DNA from: a virus
Lineage: Duplodnaviria > Caudoviricetes
Reading direction: 5' to 3' (one strand)
IMG/VR virus record: IMGVR_UViG_3300036773_000058
Span: 1 to 36,389 of that record
DNA: 36,389 bases
Part shown: positions 35,125 to 36,389 of the stretch, piece after piece
Numbering within the stretch: the first letter of the stretch is position 1
Layout: each line of letters begins with the position of its first letter
Program-made: the position numbers and the translations under genes
The notes under the pieces: model-generated
Database searches by the model: none
What the model was told of the DNA's origin: nothing
The model's input: only the letters and a program-made list of their open reading frames with translations

Positions 35125-35189
35125 GCGGTGCCTCCCTCCCCGCCTCTACGGCGTGGTCACTGCGGTGCAGGTCAAACCCCTCTACGGGG

Positions 35190-35519
35190 CTAGCTGACCC
35201 GCTTGAGTTGCAAACGCAAATCCGGGGTGAATCCCGGCTCGCGGTCTTGGGTCACGGCCTCGACGAAGTAGGTGACGCCATAGGTGTCGTCGCGCACCTG
35301 ATCGCTGTCCTGCACGTCAGTGCCGGCGGGCATGACGCCCTCGGTGAACCGCACGATGCGCGGCTCCTGGGTGTTCGGGTCGAACACCGTGCGGGACAGC
35401 TCCCGAATCGAGGCGATGACCCCCGAAGCGGCCACCGTGCCGTTGTCCTCCGGGTCGCCGTAGGTGTCGGTGGTCGTGCCACGCAAGATGCTCGCGGTGC
35501 AGGTAGCGACGACGTACAT
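35190..35519 (-). CDS. Head-to-tail stopper
   Basis: ATG at 35519; TDTYGDP, GTDVQDSDQV and YFVEAV. Confidence 0.75.
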   Translation of the reverse strand: MYVVATCTASILRGTTTDTYGDPEDNGTVAASGVIASIRELSRTVFDPNTQEPRIVRFTEGVMPAGTDVQDSDQVRDDTYGVTYFVEAVTQDREPGFTPDLRLQLKRVS

Positions 35520-35524
35520 AGCCG

Positions 35525-35950
35525 TCACCCCTCGTCGTCGTCGTAGTCGACGATCGCCGTGGACAGCGGCCCCAGACCGTCCTCGAACGGGGCCCGGACG
35601 TGCAGGCTGCGGCTCTTGAGCCACGACACCCGGTTCAGTGCCCGGCGAGCCATCGGCGCGAGGGTCAACGCTGAAGCGATGATCGGCACGGGCCGGCCGG
35701 TCGCGGAGATGGCCTGCATCTCCAGCCGCGTGAACATATCGGGCTGGCTGGGCATCCACGCGGCCTGATAAGCACAGGCCCGGCGCATCCACTCGATGTC
35801 CCGCGTGCCAGTGCGGGTCGCAGCGTCGGTGTAGAGCCGGCCAGCGTGCAGCTCAATCGCCGCGTTGGCCTGCGTGAGCTGCGCGTCGGTCACCGTGGCA
35901 TTGGCTAGGGACAGCACGTCCGCCGCTGTAGCCCACGTGGTCTGCGTCAT
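35525..35950 (-). CDS. Head-to-tail adaptor
   Basis: GGGAGG RBS; WATAADV, RACAYQAAW and LAPMARRAL. Confidence 0.78.
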   Translation of the reverse strand: MTQTTWATAADVLSLANATVTDAQLTQANAAIELHAGRLYTDAATRTGTRDIEWMRRACAYQAAWMPSQPDMFTRLEMQAISATGRPVPIIASALTLAPMARRALNRVSWLKSRSLHVRAPFEDGLGPLSTAIVDYDDDEG

Positions 35951-35976
35951 CAGTGCCTCCCTTCGCTGGTAGAGGT

Positions 35977-36015
35977 GGGTGGGGCGCGGTGGCCGCCTAA
36001 GCGCGCGCCCCACCC
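35977..36015 (-). terminator. 12-bp stem-loop between the head genes and the adaptor gene
   Basis: GGGTGGGGCGCG-N15-CGCGCCCCACCC. Confidence 0.55.
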
Positions 36016-36017
36016 GG

Positions 36018-36389
36018 TCACTCGACGAGACCGCGCGACTTCTCCCGCACGTCCGAAGACGGAGTCACGGTCCGGTGAGCCTCGGTGTCGATCACGGCGG
36101 GCACGACCTCGACCTCATAGGTGCACGCCGTGGACACGGTGCCCTTGCGATCACGGTCGACGACCTCCGTGCCGGCCAGAGCCGCCTTGCCCCGAGGGTG
36201 CAGGCCCCGCTGAATGGCCTCCTCCAGCGTGCGGCCCGCGTTGGCCTCATGGCACGGGTGCTCCGCCTTGACCTCGGCGGGACCGGCCACGACGAACGTC
36301 TTGCGGAACGTGGAGCCCGTCGACCCGTCGGCTGAGCGGCTAATGACTTCGCCCTCGACATCGCCGTGCAGCGCCGGGTGCTGGTCGGC
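36018..36389 (-). CDS. 3' part of the junction-spanning hypothetical protein (starts at 190)
   Basis: Open frame continuous through the terminal overlap; AIQRGLHPRG. Confidence 0.75.
   Translation of the reverse strand, partial: ADQHPALHGDVEGEVISRSADGSTGSTFRKTFVVAGPAEVKAEHPCHEANAGRTLEEAIQRGLHPRGKAALAGTEVVDRDRKGTVSTACTYEVEVVPAVIDTEAHRTVTPSSDVREKSRGLVE
36263..36389. repeat. 127-bp exact terminal direct repeat, copy 2
   Basis: Identical to bases 1-127. Confidence 0.95.

Larger units (their letters stand above)
1..36389. mobile_element. Complete circular temperate actinophage-like element (siphovirus morphogenesis genes) carrying an AICE-like transfer module
   Basis: Full head/tail gene set in canonical order, large serine integrase, SF3 helicase, FtsK-like TraB and terminal overlap. 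Confidence 0.9.

Noticed and set aside
1826-35174. Recurrent TGACCTGC/GCAGGTCA octamer as a genome-wide stoperator
   Set aside because: It occurs in both orientations and often within codons (CAG GTC). Enrichment cannot be established by eye, although several copies are intergenic.
36263-36389. Terminal repeat as a biological phage DTR or att duplication
   Set aside because: It is exactly 127 bp and falls mid-gene, which fits an assembler overlap. It indicates circularity or circular permutation only.
1-36389. tRNA, rRNA or CRISPR loci
   Set aside because: None were recognisable in the intergenic regions.

Overview
This window looks like one complete circular element of 36,262 bp. Bases 1-127 are repeated exactly at 36263-36389, which is typical of an assembler overlap, and an ORF reads in frame across the junction. 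It is high-GC and actinobacterial. It encodes a full siphovirus-type virion module on the minus strand: terminase, portal, scaffold, major capsid, head-tail proteins, major tail, frameshifted tail chaperones, tape measure with an SLT domain, and minor tail and fibre proteins. It also carries a large serine integrase, a small serine resolvase, a D5/P4-type SF3 helicase with an adjacent iteron-rich putative origin, an XRE-TPR regulator, and a glycosyltransferase/cytidylyltransferase cassette. The most unusual feature is an actinomycete (AICE/Streptomyces-plasmid-type) dsDNA transfer module: a TraB-like FtsK/SpoIIIE translocase, Spd-like membrane proteins and a phased GCGACA repeat array resembling a clt locus. 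I could not recognise any endolysin. The element may be a phage/conjugative-element hybrid that spreads both by virion and by TraB-mediated hyphal transfer. All family assignments come from motif recognition and synteny, not database searches.
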